From the NCBI RefSeq assembly GCF_902713615.1, contig NC_052146.1:202697199-202761198 (forward strand): a stretch of 64,000 nucleotides of DNA, in the 5' to 3' direction. The DNA comes from Scyliorhinus canicula (lineage: Eukaryota). Positions within the stretch are counted from its first letter, which is position 1. Each line of letters starts with the position of its first letter. Both the position numbers and the translations under genes were made by a program. This document shows positions 1 through 12,316 of this stretch, piece by piece. The notes under the pieces were generated by a model that was not told the origin of the DNA, made no database searches, and worked only from the letters and a program-made list of their open reading frames with translations.

Positions 1-189
1 CCCCCATTTCTCTGTAATATTTTTGCTTGGCCTTGTTTGCTCCTAGATTCCCACTGTGTTGCCCAATTATTAAACTCCATTGTGTTGCCATTGAGAATGC
101 AGTTTATACATAAAATGTCAAGAATAAGGCAGCAAAGGTTCTATTCTGAAAATATTTTCTTGTTCAAGATAAAAAAGTAATCAAAATTA

Positions 190-435
190 GGGCAGCATGG
201 TGGCAGTAGTTCACAGCACCAGGGACCCGGGTTCGGTTCCGGCCTTGGGTGACTGTCTGTGTGGAGTTTGCACGTACCCAGTGTCTGCGTGGGTCTATTC
301 CGGGTGCTCCGGTTTCCTCCCACAGTCCAAAGATGTGCAGGTTAGGTGGGATTACAGTGATAGGGTGGGGCAGTATGCCTGGATAGGGTGCTGTGGCCTC
401 CTTCTATACTGTAGGGGATTCTATGACATTCTATG
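190..435 (+). mobile_element. tRNA-derived SINE (HE1-like, CR1-type tail)
   Basis: GGGCAGCATGGTGG head, GGTTCG B-box, CCGGTTTCCTCCCACAGTCCAAAG core, (ATTCTAT) tail. Confidence 0.85.
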
Positions 436-946
436 AAAATTGCAACACCCAACTTCCATTTCTTTGAAGTGAACCCTCATTTCCTGCCCAGTCCATTCTT
501 CAGGCATGCTACTTAGGAATTAAATAAGTGACACAAAATTAGAATATTTTATAGGAAGGGAACTGGTAGCACCAGATTAATATACCTGGCGAGGTGAAAA
601 TAGCTCGCATTTAAACAAGATCGTCTGAACTTATTTTGTGACATGCATATTACAAGGTCAACTTGCACAAATCCCTATTATGCACAACATTCACTGCAAA
701 TAGAATTTTTGGGTAGAATACAGCTTTAAATTTAGAAGTCTGTATTCCCCAGTGAGCTTTACATATTGACCTCTAGTGAGAAGTACTGCTAACAGGATAA
801 GCTTTGCTCAATTAAAATTCAATATGTACGGCCATGAAGCTTCATTGGTGATTAACGCTCAGCTATACTCACTACAAGATCAACAAAGTAGTTACAACAA
901 ATTAGAGATTCTCATGGTTATAGTCTGTAAAGTTAGATTTCATTAC

Positions 947-1071
947 CTCCTAATCTCTCCATTACAGCGGCAAGCACCAGACCCGCACAGGTTTCTGCTA
1001 CTATTACTTTGGAGCCCGCATGGATATTTCCAAGAGTTAACATCTGAGCCAGTGTGTCATACCGTAAATAA
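947..1071 (-). CDS. TRMT6: TRMT6 exon 6
   Basis: YLRYDTLAQMLTLGNIHAGSKVIVAETCAGLVLAAVMERLG; donor GTAATG. Confidence 0.95.
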
Positions 1072-4000
1072 CTGGAAAAGAATAGATTTATAAAAATGTA
1101 TTTTAGTGATCGGTTCAGTAACTCAGCATCTTTGGGGTTACAGTAACATTAACTATGTAATGTATAGATAATTGCCCCGGTCTCTCTCACCCTACCCTAC
1201 TCTTCTCCCCCTTATAATGTAGCGCTAATAAACCACAGGAAGACCTAGGAGATAGTAGCAAGTGGGCAGAACAATGATAAATGAAATTAAGAATAAGTGC
1301 AATGCCGTATAAACTAGAACATACAAGGGGCACACATTGGTTACCATTCAGATTTCTTCCAATTTTGTTCCATCTGCCCAATGAAAGGAAAACTCAAACA
1401 TGCAAAAATGCCTTACGAACAAAAGCTAAACATTGCATTCAAAGTAGTTTGGGATAACATGCACCAAGTGTATAATAAACCCATTTATTGTCCCTCAGTT
1501 TGAATATTGTATTTTAATTGTGCACATCATTTCAGACTTTGCACCAGATATCTTAGTTTGCTGAACTATCAAAAACTAGGTTTATTCATCGCTAAAAGCT
1601 AAACATTGCATTCAAAGTAGTTTGGGATAACATGCACCAAGTGTATAATAAACCCATTTATTGTCCCTCAGTTTGAATATTGTATTTTAATTGTGCACAT
1701 CATTTCAGACTTTGCACCAGATATCTTAGTTTGCTGAACTATCAAAAACTAGGTTTATTCATCGCTAAAAGGCACTGGTGGAAAAAAGCCATTGCTGAAG
1801 CAGATTCAAAACAAAACAACTTTAGACTAGTTAACAAGAGGCTTAAAATAGATAAACCAATCTACAGAATGTGAATAGTTTTCTTTCCAAACCTTTCATT
1901 CGATTAAAAAAAACATCTCATGCAGTGAGCTACCCCAACACCCCCAAATAATTGTTTTTCAGAATTACCTACGGAGCCTGGTTTTGACTTTGCACACCTG
2001 TGGCTACACCAAAACCATAATTTAGCAATGGCATGGATTTTGCTGCTGTAATGTCAACAAAACAGTCAATGTTCACCATCACCATTTTGTGAAACTGACA
2101 GCAACTTCTGTTGTCGTCACACACGCAGTTAAACACAGAAATCCAGAAAGTGCTGTCAGTGATTTCCCATTTTCTAAATCATTTGAATTGATGTGAACTT
2201 TTAATTGGTTTCACTCTAAAACTCCATGAGAAGGTTATGCCATATTAAATATGAGTTGCATTCACAAGACAGCCCGAACGTCACCCTAAGCACAACGCAA
2301 TCCGTGCTCTCAAGACCAACCGCAACATCATCGTGAAACCCGCAGACAAAGGAGGGGCCACCGTCATACTGAGTAGAACAGACTAACGCAAAGAAGGATA
2401 CTGACAACTCAACAACCAGGAACACTACAGTTACCCGCCGATCCGACCAAGGAACACACCTGCCAACTCAACAGACTGATCAAGACCTTGCATCCAGACC
2501 TTCAGAGCACTCGGTGTGCTCTCATCCCACGTACTCCCCAAGTTGGAGATCTCTACTGCCTCCCTGTAACAAGCAATGGGTTCCTGTGAGAACCTCTCTG
2601 GCTACATCGAAGGCATCTTGAACCCCATCATAGAAGGAACACCCACCCAACTTCTGTCGCGAAACAACGGACTTCTTACAGAAACTCAGCACCCATGGAC
2701 CAGTTGAACAAGGAACATTCCTCATCACAATGGACGTCTCGGCACTCTACACCAGCATCCTCCCTCAAAACCGACAAACTGCCAATCTCCAGACGCAATG
2801 TGCAACTCATCAGCTTCATTCTGGATCACAACGTCTTCACCTTCGACAACAAGTTCTTCATCCAGACACACGGAACAGCCATGGGGACCAAATTCGCACC
2901 TCAATTTGCCAACATCTTCATGTACAAGTTTAAACAAGACCTCCTCACCGCACAGGACATTCAACCGACGTTATACACCAGATACATTGATGACATTTTT
3001 TTCCTTTGGACCCACGGTGAAGAATCACTGAAACAACTACACGATGACATCAATAAGTTCCATCCCACTATCAGACTCACCATGGAGTACTCTCCAGAAT
3101 TGGCTGCATTCTTGGACGCACTCATCTCCATCAAGGACGGTCACCTCAGCACTTCGCTTAACCGCAAGCCCACGGATAACCTCACAATGCTCCATTTCTC
3201 CAGCTTTCACCCAAAACACATTAAAGAAGCCATCCCCTATGGACAAGCCCTCCGTATACACAGGATCGGCTCAGACGAGGAGGAGGGTAACAGACATCTA
3301 CAGACGCTGAAAGATGCCCTCGAACGAATGAGATATGGCACTCGACTCATCGATCGACAGTTCCAACGCGCCACAGCAAAAAAATGCACCAACCACCTCA
3401 GAAGATAAACACGGGACACAACCAACAGCGTACCCTTCGTCGTCCAGTACTCACCCGGAGCGGAGAAACTACGACATCTTCTTTTCAGCCTCCAACACAT
3501 CATCGATGAAGATGAAAATCTTGCCACGGTCATCCCCACAACATGCCTTCAAACAACCGCGCAACCTCAAACAAACCATTGTTTGCAGCAAATTACCCAG
3601 ACTTCAGAACAGCGCCCACGCCACCAACCCTGCCATGGCAATCTCTGCAAGATGTGTCAGATCATCAACATGGGTACCACCATTACACGTGAGAACACCA
3701 CCCACCAGGTACGTGGTACATACTCGTGCGACTTGGCCAACGTTGTCTACCTCACACGCTGCAGGAAAGGATGTCCCGAGGAGTGGTACATTGGTGAGAC
3801 TATGCAGACACTGCAACAACGGATGAACGGACATCGCGTGACAATCGCCAGGCAGGAATGTTCCCTTCCAGTCGGGAAACACTTCAGCAGTCAAGGGCCT
3901 CTGATCTTCCCCAAGGCTGCCTTCAGGACGCGCGACAACGCAGAATCGCCGAGCAGAAACCTATAGTCAAGTTCCACACACATAAGTACGGCCTCAACAG

Positions 4001-7000
4001 GGACCTTGGATTCATGTCACGTTACATTTACCCCCCACCATCTGGCCTGGGCTTGCAAAATCCTACCACCTTGTCCTGGCTTGAGACAATTCACACAGGG
4101 ATAACCACAGGATAACCTGTGATTATCTCTCTCTCCAGTTGCTCTGTCTGGACCTGTAGACTTAATTACCTGCAAAGACTCCCATTCAAAGTATCGTCTT
4201 GCATCTTGAAACCTTGTCTATATATATGTTTCTGGAACCCACCTCTTCATTCACTTGAGGAAGGAGCTGTGCTCCAAAAGCTAGTGATTCGAAACAAACC
4301 TGTTGAACTTTACCTGGTGACTTCTTACTTTATTGAATGAGGTATAACTGGGATTATAAAAGTTGTTACGAAGGATGGTGAGTGAGGCACCTACTGGTTT
4401 CCATCAACTTCATAGAACCAACAGTAACTATGAAGAACCTATCTGACACATCACAGAAAAAAAATTCTGAACGATTATTCTTAAAAGGAACTATCGATAG
4501 GAAATCCATAAGGGCCAAAATAGGGATTTTCTAAAAACAGTAGATAAAATTAATGCAGGCAAGAGCAAGATCAAACACACTGGGAAAAAAAAGCTTCATG
4601 AACAGAGTCCAACTAGATAAGAGACAGATATCTGAAAACAATGCGAGATATCCTATCATTTTACAAAGCAAATAGCGCCCCATGTCATGCAAATGCCCTT
4701 CCCCCTGCTCATTTACAACGAAGTAGGAGTTAAAATCCCAATAGAGATTAAAATAGAAAACGTCAAGGGAAATGTGAACTATCCAACTGAAATATAAAAT
4801 GCAGCTACTCTGCTGAAATGTGCTCTAAAATGTTTTAACACCATAGAAAAAAAAGGAGTACAACTTGACATTACTCACCAAATTTTACCTGGCTCACGGG
4901 AATGATACATCATGGCCATTATGCGAGTGGTAGGCTTCAGGATGGTTATAAATGCTTCGTACCTGTCAACATGTTAGAATGTAGCCAGGAATTATTTTTT
5001 TCCAAGGTACAAAATACCAATATTTATTTGAACCCTAAACATGGTTATGTAATTTAATTTCTTGTGATAAAATGTAACGGTGTTAAGACTCATTTTAAAT
5101 GGGCCACCCATTGGAAGTGTGTTGAGATGTATCTGCTTCTGAATTGTGATGCCTACAATATACCAATTACGTATATTCTTTGCCAGAACCATTCAATTTG
5201 GGTCATCAAAGGAAAAGAATTCAGACCATAAACTATTTGGGTAACTGGGTAATTTCTTATGAAAAATAATTAACGTAATTTCTAATTTGTAAAAGAAAGG
5301 GGAGTCCAGTTTAGCTCAGTTGGCTGTACAGTTGGTTTGTGATGCAAAGTGCGGGTTCAATTCCTGTACTGGCTGAGGTTTTTCATGAAGGCCCTGCCTT
5401 CTCAATCTTGCCCCTCGCTTGAGGTGTGGTGATCCTCAGGTTAAATCACCACCAGTCAGCTCTCCCCTCAAAGGGGAAAGCAATCTATGGTCATCTGGGA
5501 CTCTGGTAGCTTTACTTACTTTGGGGCAGCACAGTGAGCACTGCTGCCTCACTGTTCAAGGGACCCGGGTTCAATTTCAGCCTTAGGTGACTGTGTGGAG
5601 TTTGTATGCTCTCCCAATGTCTGTGTGGATTTCCTCCCACAGTCCAAAGGTGGGCAAGTTAGGTTGATTGGCCCTGCTACATACCCCTTTGTATCCAAAA
5701 GGCTAGGTGGATTATGGGGGTGGACTTGGGTGGGGTGTTCTTTCAGAAGTTCGGTGTAGAATCGACGGGCAGAATGGCCTCCTTCTGTACCGTAGGGATT
5801 CTATAATATGCCAGTGTAGAGTGTAAACTTTTATCTCAGTCAGCGTAAAACATTTTACATCCAACACAGGGCTCTAATCCCCACCCAAATTCAAAAGCTT
5901 ACTTTTTCTTTTTCTTCTTAATGTACTTTTCTTGAGCAAATCCAGTTTTATCTCTAAATGTTGTGCTATTCTCGATCAGATGTTGAACAATATCCTGCAT
6001 AAAACCAAAACTTTGCTTTAATGAGACAATTGCCATTTGGGAATACAAATCGAATATAATTTTTATGAAGCGAATTTAACTTTTATTGAATAGCCACTTT
6101 GCCCGTGTAGGAGAGGCCGTGTTATCGTGGTAATGTCACAGGACAATCCAGAGGCCCAGACTAATGTTCGGGAGGACATGGGTTCAAAACCCACCAAAAC
6201 AGCTGGTGGAACTTAAAATAAATTAATATATCTGGAATATAAAGCTTGTCTCGTTAATGGTGCCATGGCAACTATATTGACTGAAATACATCAGATTCAC
6301 TAATGTCTCCAGATCCACAGCAATATGGTTGACTCTTCAACTGCCTTCTGAAATGGCCTAGTAATCCTTGGGTAACAAATGCTGGTTTTGCCAGTGACAC
6401 CCACACCCCATGGTAGCATAAAAAAAGTCATCCATACCTGACCTTTTAATCCTTGCCCTTTAAGTGCTTCAATGTCATCTCTGCTGAGCTTCTGGGACTT
6501 GCCATCATCAATTATGTTTCGGTTATCAATGCCAGCTTCATTTGTTTCTGGGAAAAAAAGTGGACTGATTTGCTTTAAAGCCAGACAAAACACACAAGCC
6601 CTTTTACTTTGCATGGACATGGGTCACATTTAGCCAAGGCTACTAGGTAGAAGGTTACTTAAAACTGCAAGCATTTAATATGAAACGATTGGCAAGTCTC
6701 AACAGTCCTTATGGAAGAGCCCACAATACCCAACTTTCCATAATTAACCAGTCATGGGTACTTTTCAGAGAAATGAGATAAGGCACACAGCTAAAGCAGA
6801 AAAAATATCCTTCCTCTGTCTAAGAGGCGACATCCTGTTGGTGTACATGTTTAAGGGCTTTATTGCTGGCACCTATACTGTTCTCGCCGCCAGGCACTTT
6901 GTGAGCCCAGTGGTGGTATCGGCCCCAAGGGTGTGGGGGCAGTGGCAGCAACATTTGGCGCTGATAGTGGTAGGTGCCTTGGTGTGGGCACTGATCTGTA

Positions 7001-10000
7001 ATAACTATAGGTTTGCATTGGCAGGGCTGGACGTGAGGTTTCGAGGCGGCGGCAGGCAAGGATAGATTTATAGGTGGCAAATTTGCAAAGTTGGAGGACC
7101 TGGAGGAAGGGTCCAAGTTGTCAGGGGGAATGGCTTTCGGTACTTGCAATTTCAGGGTTTTGTAAGGAGAGAGGGGCTGTCCTTCCCTGGGCTGCTGTCC
7201 CTGGGTTGCAGGACAAGGCGCTGTTGAGGGACGAAATAGGAGACGGGCAAGTGTCAAATATCTATAAGAAGTTGATGGAGTGGGACAGAGCCCTGGTGGA
7301 GGCCATTAAGCGCAAGTGGGACGAGGAGCTGGGAAGGGAGGCGGAGGCCTTGCAGAGTGTGAATGTGTCCTCGTTGTGTGCGAGGCGAAGCCTCATCCAG
7401 TTCAAAGTGATACATAGGACTCACGTGACGGTGGCAAGGATGAGTAGGTTCTTTGAGGGGGTGGAGGATAGAAGTAGCCAGTGCGCAGGGGCGCGAATCA
7501 AGTCCACATGTTCTGGGCATGACCAAGATCGAGGTGGTTCTGGGATGGGGGTGGTCCCGAGTCCAGAGGTGACGATATTCGGTGTGTTGGAAAACCAAGG
7601 AGTCCAGGGGGTGATGGAGGCCAATATTTGGCCTTTTCCTCCCTGATAGTCCGGAGACGGATCTTGCTTGGGTGGTGGGACCCGGAGTCGTCGAAAGCAG
7701 GGGTGTGGGTGAGCGACTTGACGGAATTCCTGAGATTGGAGAAGGTTACATTCGCCTTGAGGGGGTCAGCGGATGGGTTCACCCAGAGGTGGAAGCCATT
7801 TATTGATTTCATTAAGGAGGTTTGAGAGGTCAACAAGAGGGTGGGCAATGAGGTTAAAATGAGGAAGGCGGGATGCAAGGAGGGTTGAGGGAGTTGACGT
7901 TGGTGGTTTATTGAGTTGTTTGGTTGTTCTTCTGATTCTGTTCATGTATGTGAAAATACCTTGAACAAAATATTTTTTAAAAAAGCACAGAAGAGGCAAA
8001 ATGCAATGTAGAAGGCTACCTCACGAACTGATTGGAGATTTCAAATCTGAAATAATTACTTGATTCTGAATAATTCACTCGATTCTGGAGGTTTACATGC
8101 ACTAGCTTTTTAAAGATATCCAATGAAATGCTGATTGAATCGTTTGGCTATATATTACCTATGGAGTAAAAGATGCTTATTGATAACTGAATATAGGCAA
8201 TAGAAAAAATATTGTCCATAGAGCCCAAACTGTAATAATCACTGCATATGCACTATACAGCACAAATAAAAGTTATTAAGTATCACCCCATAAAGAATCA
8301 TACAAATTTTGCACCTGTCAACTTTGGCAAGCAAGAATCATCACATCAAACATCTGCCTGGTGGAATGTCTAACTTCAGAAATTAGTTGTTTTATTGGTC
8401 AGTGATATTGACACTTCGATGTCCTTCATGCAATTTACAGGTTCAGATAGAAATACAAGACACTACCTTTGGCAACTTCTTCAGTTTTTGCTTTCAGCGG
8501 TTGGAGTACTCCTCCAGTGGAAACCTCAAAAGTGGTACCATATTGCTGTCCAATCACGTTGTCCAAGTAAAACCACTGTTTCTCAAAGGTGATTTTTCTG
8601 GAAAGCAAAGTTTGAAATCCATTAAGTTCTAAATTGAACAATTAAGTTTTATTCAAAGTCATAGACACAATCACTGACATACCTAGAAAAAAATTCAGAT
8701 TTAATCTTTTTTTTGTATTGTCACACGTAGGCTTACATTAACACTGCAATGAAGTTACTGTGAAAATCCCCAAGTCGCCACATTCTGGCGCCTGTTCGGG
8801 TACATGGAGGGAGAATTCAGAATGTCCAAATTACCTAACAGCACGTCTTTCGGGACTTGTGGAAGGAAACCCACGCAGACACAGGGAGAACGTACAGACT
8901 CCGCAGAGTGACCCAAGCCGGGAATCGAACTGGGACCCTGGACACTGAAGCAACAGGGCTACCGTTAGACTCCAGGCATTTATTTTAGCCAACATCTTGA
9001 GCGAATGGCTCTGGTCCAGACTCGTTTCTTCATCCAGAAATAATTACATAACTTCAACATGCCAGCAAAAGTAAAGGTTTTTACTCTAAACAGTTCAATA
9101 AAATTTGAAGTTCAAGATGCACAGATAAAACTTTTCAATTAGTTTTGGTAAAGAAGCAAATAAAAATTCTAATGTTTTAAGACAGTACAAAAACCCAGCA
9201 GTTTGAAGCGCAGTACATAACACCATAAAACAGAGGGCCACAGAGGTATGATTTCTGCCCACACTCCAGGTTCCCAGTTTCAGTCATGCTGTTGTCGGGA
9301 GGCAATGAGCACCCTTTGATGAAAGCTGGGGTAAAAGGGGGAAGTTAGAGAGCAGAGGATGTAGGGGTGAGATCCTAGGGGAAGAGAGAGGGGGAGAGAA
9401 CACGACGGGCAAGGTTCAGAAGGAGGGGCTGGTACGGGAATTGAACTCGTTCTGTTGGCGATGCTCCACATCAAACCAGCCGTCCAGCCAACAGCTAACC
9501 GACCCACCTTTATCAATCCATACATACTATTATTTAATGGGATATACAAAATCTTATATTTTCTCATGAAAAATTTAAGGAGTTCATTGACTCCATGAAT
9601 TCATATTAATTTATTGACAGCAAAATTTAATATAGGTCCATTCTAGGGAAGCAAAATTATATTAATATGGTACTTTCATGATTGCAGGTCAAATAATGTT
9701 CTGAATGGGTAAGGAATAATCCATTACACTTGGCAACAGGGAAGAATATTAGTGGAGTAGCTCTCCAGAAAGTCATTGATTTGCAACTTTTTGACCAGAG
9801 CGCTATGGGTGAGATCCCAGAGGATTGGAGAATAGCTAATGTGGTACTGCTATTTAAGAAAGGTAGCAGGGATAATCCTGGAAACTATAGGTGGGTGGAG
9901 CCTCGTCGATAGTAGATAAATTATTGGAGCGAATTCTCAGGGACAGGAGTTATACCCATTTGGAAATAAATGGACTCATAAGCGATAGACAGCACGGTTT

Positions 10001-12280
10001 TGTGAAGGGGAGGTCGTGCCTCACTAACTTGATCAAATTTTTTGAGGAAGTGGCAAAGATGATTGATATGGGGAGAGTGGTGGATGTTGTTTACATGGGC
10101 TTCAATAAAGCCTTTGACAAGGTCCTCATGGCAGACTGGCACAAAAGTTGAAGTCAAACGGGATCAGAGGTGAGGTGGTAAGGTGGATACAGAATTGGCT
10201 CGGTCACCGAAGGCAAAGGGTAGCAGTAGGAGGGTGTTTTTCTGAATGGAAGGTTGTGACTAGTGGTATTCCACAGGGATCTGTGCTTGGGCCTCTGTTA
10301 TTTGTAGTGTACATAAACGATTTGGAGGCAATCTGGGGCTGTTTAGCACACTGGGCTATATCGCTGGCTTTGAAAGCAGACCAAGCAGGCCAGCAGCACG
10401 GTTCGATTCCCGTAACAGCCTCCCCGAACAGGCGCCGGAATGTGGCGACTAGGGGCTTTTCACAGTAACTTCATTTGAAGCCTACTCGTGACAATAAGCG
10501 ATTTTCATTTCATTTCAAATGTAGCCAGTCTGATTAGTAAGTTTGTGGATGACACTAAGGTTGGTGGAGTGGCAGATAGCGTTGAGGATTGTCAGAAGAT
10601 ACAGCAGGACATAGATAGGTTGGAGACTTGGGCAGAGAAATGGCAAATGCAGTTTAATCAGGACAAATGTGAGATAATGCATTTTGGTAGGTTTAACAAA
10701 GAGGGGAAATATACCCTAAATGGCAAAACTCTTAGGAATATAGAAAGTCAGAGAGATCTGGGCGTGCATGTCCACAGAAGCGGCTAAACAGCTGGCTTGT
10801 AATGCAGAACAAGACCAGCCGCACGGTTTCAATTCCCGTAGATGTCTCCCTGAACAGGGGCTTTTCATAGTAACTTCATTGAAGCCTACTTGTGACAATA
10901 AGCGATTATTATTTTTAAAGGTGGCAACACCAGTGGACAAGGTAGTCAAGAAAGCATACGCAATGCTTGTTAAGTAATGGGTTAAGAGACATTCCAATTA
11001 GTTGTCTCATTTATGTTAAGCATCCAATAATTGACACTGATTTGTAAAGGGGCTTCAGGTGGCCCTTGTGTCAGGTGATGTGATGTTAAAAGTTTTGTGC
11101 AAAGCCTGTTGAAGGAATTAAAGGTATTTTGTGGAAAAGCAGCAGAATCTTTCACTCTTTATAACACAGCAGCTAAACGTCTAACATGCTTGCCTTCATT
11201 GGATGGGGCAACGGATATAAGAACTGGCAGGTCATGCTATAGAACCTTGGTAAGGTCATACTTGGAATATTGCACACAATTCTGGGCGCCACACTATCAG
11301 AAGGATGTGGAGGCTTTGAAGAGGATGCAGAAGAGGTTTACCAGGATGTTGCCTGGCCTGGAGGGTGTTAGCTATGTGGAGACGCTGAATAGATTCGGAC
11401 CGCTTTCATTAGAAAGACGTAGGGTGAGCGATGACCTGATAGAGGTCTATAAGATTATGAGGGGCTTGGATAGAGTGGATGGGCAGGCACTCTTTCCCAG
11501 GGTCAATCACCAGGGGCATAGGATTAAGGTCTGTGGGGCAAAGTTTAGAGGAGACATGCAAGGTTTTTTATGCAGAGGGTGGTGAGTGCCTGGAACTCGT
11601 TGCCGGGGAGGTTGTGGAAGCAGATACATGAACGGCGTTCAAAAGGCATCTTGACAAACACATGGATAGGATGGGTCAAGAGAGATAGGGCACAAGGAAG
11701 TGTTGAGGGTTTTGGCAAAGGTTGGTATCATGACCGATACAGGTTTGGAGGGCCGAAGGGCCTGATCCTGTGCTGTATTATTCTTTATATTGATTGCAAA
11801 TTTATTACTCCGAATCCCTACAGTGCAGAAGGAGCCAAACTGGCAAAGAGGAGGGCCAAGTGCAATCGGGTCAGGGCTGCCCTCTTCAAGAAGAGGGCGA
11901 GGTTCGGGGTGCTGGATCCAGCCCGCCTCTGGGTGACTTTCCAGAAGCGAGAATATTATTTTGGTACAACACAGGAGGCGATGGAGGTTTTGAGGGACAG
12001 TAGACTGGTAGGAGAAGGAGGACATTGAGCTTCGGAGGAATTTGTGAGGAGGTTTCTTTGTTCTTGGGAAACTGTTCCCTTCAAAATGTTTCGTTGGTTT
12101 TGATGGCGGAGTGTTTTGGGGGGGGGGGAATATCAAAGGTGAGTGCACCTTTTCCATTTTGCGGATGGGGGGGGGGGGGGGGGGGGAAAGAAGGCGTGTG
12201 AACGGGGTGGGGTAGGGGGATTGGAGGCCTTGGGCAGGGGCTGCCATGCTAGTTGGATGGGCTAGTTAACTGTAGTGCAA

Positions 12281-12316
<36 letters not shown>

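Larger units (their letters stand above)
9800..11790 (+). mobile_element. CR1-clade LINE with nested SINEs and solo LTR
   Basis: QHGFVKGRSCLTNL, GIPQGSVLGP, KFVDDTK, YCTQFWAPHY motifs; CR1 3' tail. Confidence 0.92.

Noticed and set aside
2695-3408. 237-aa reverse-transcriptase ORF as a functional or domesticated gene
   Set aside because: Fragment of a 5'-truncated Penelope element with frameshifts and stops on both sides
10334-10420. tRNA genes (A/B boxes here and at 5305, 9400-9500, 57980-58066)
   Set aside because: tRNA-derived SINE heads continuing into SINE body and tail; no complete cloverleaf
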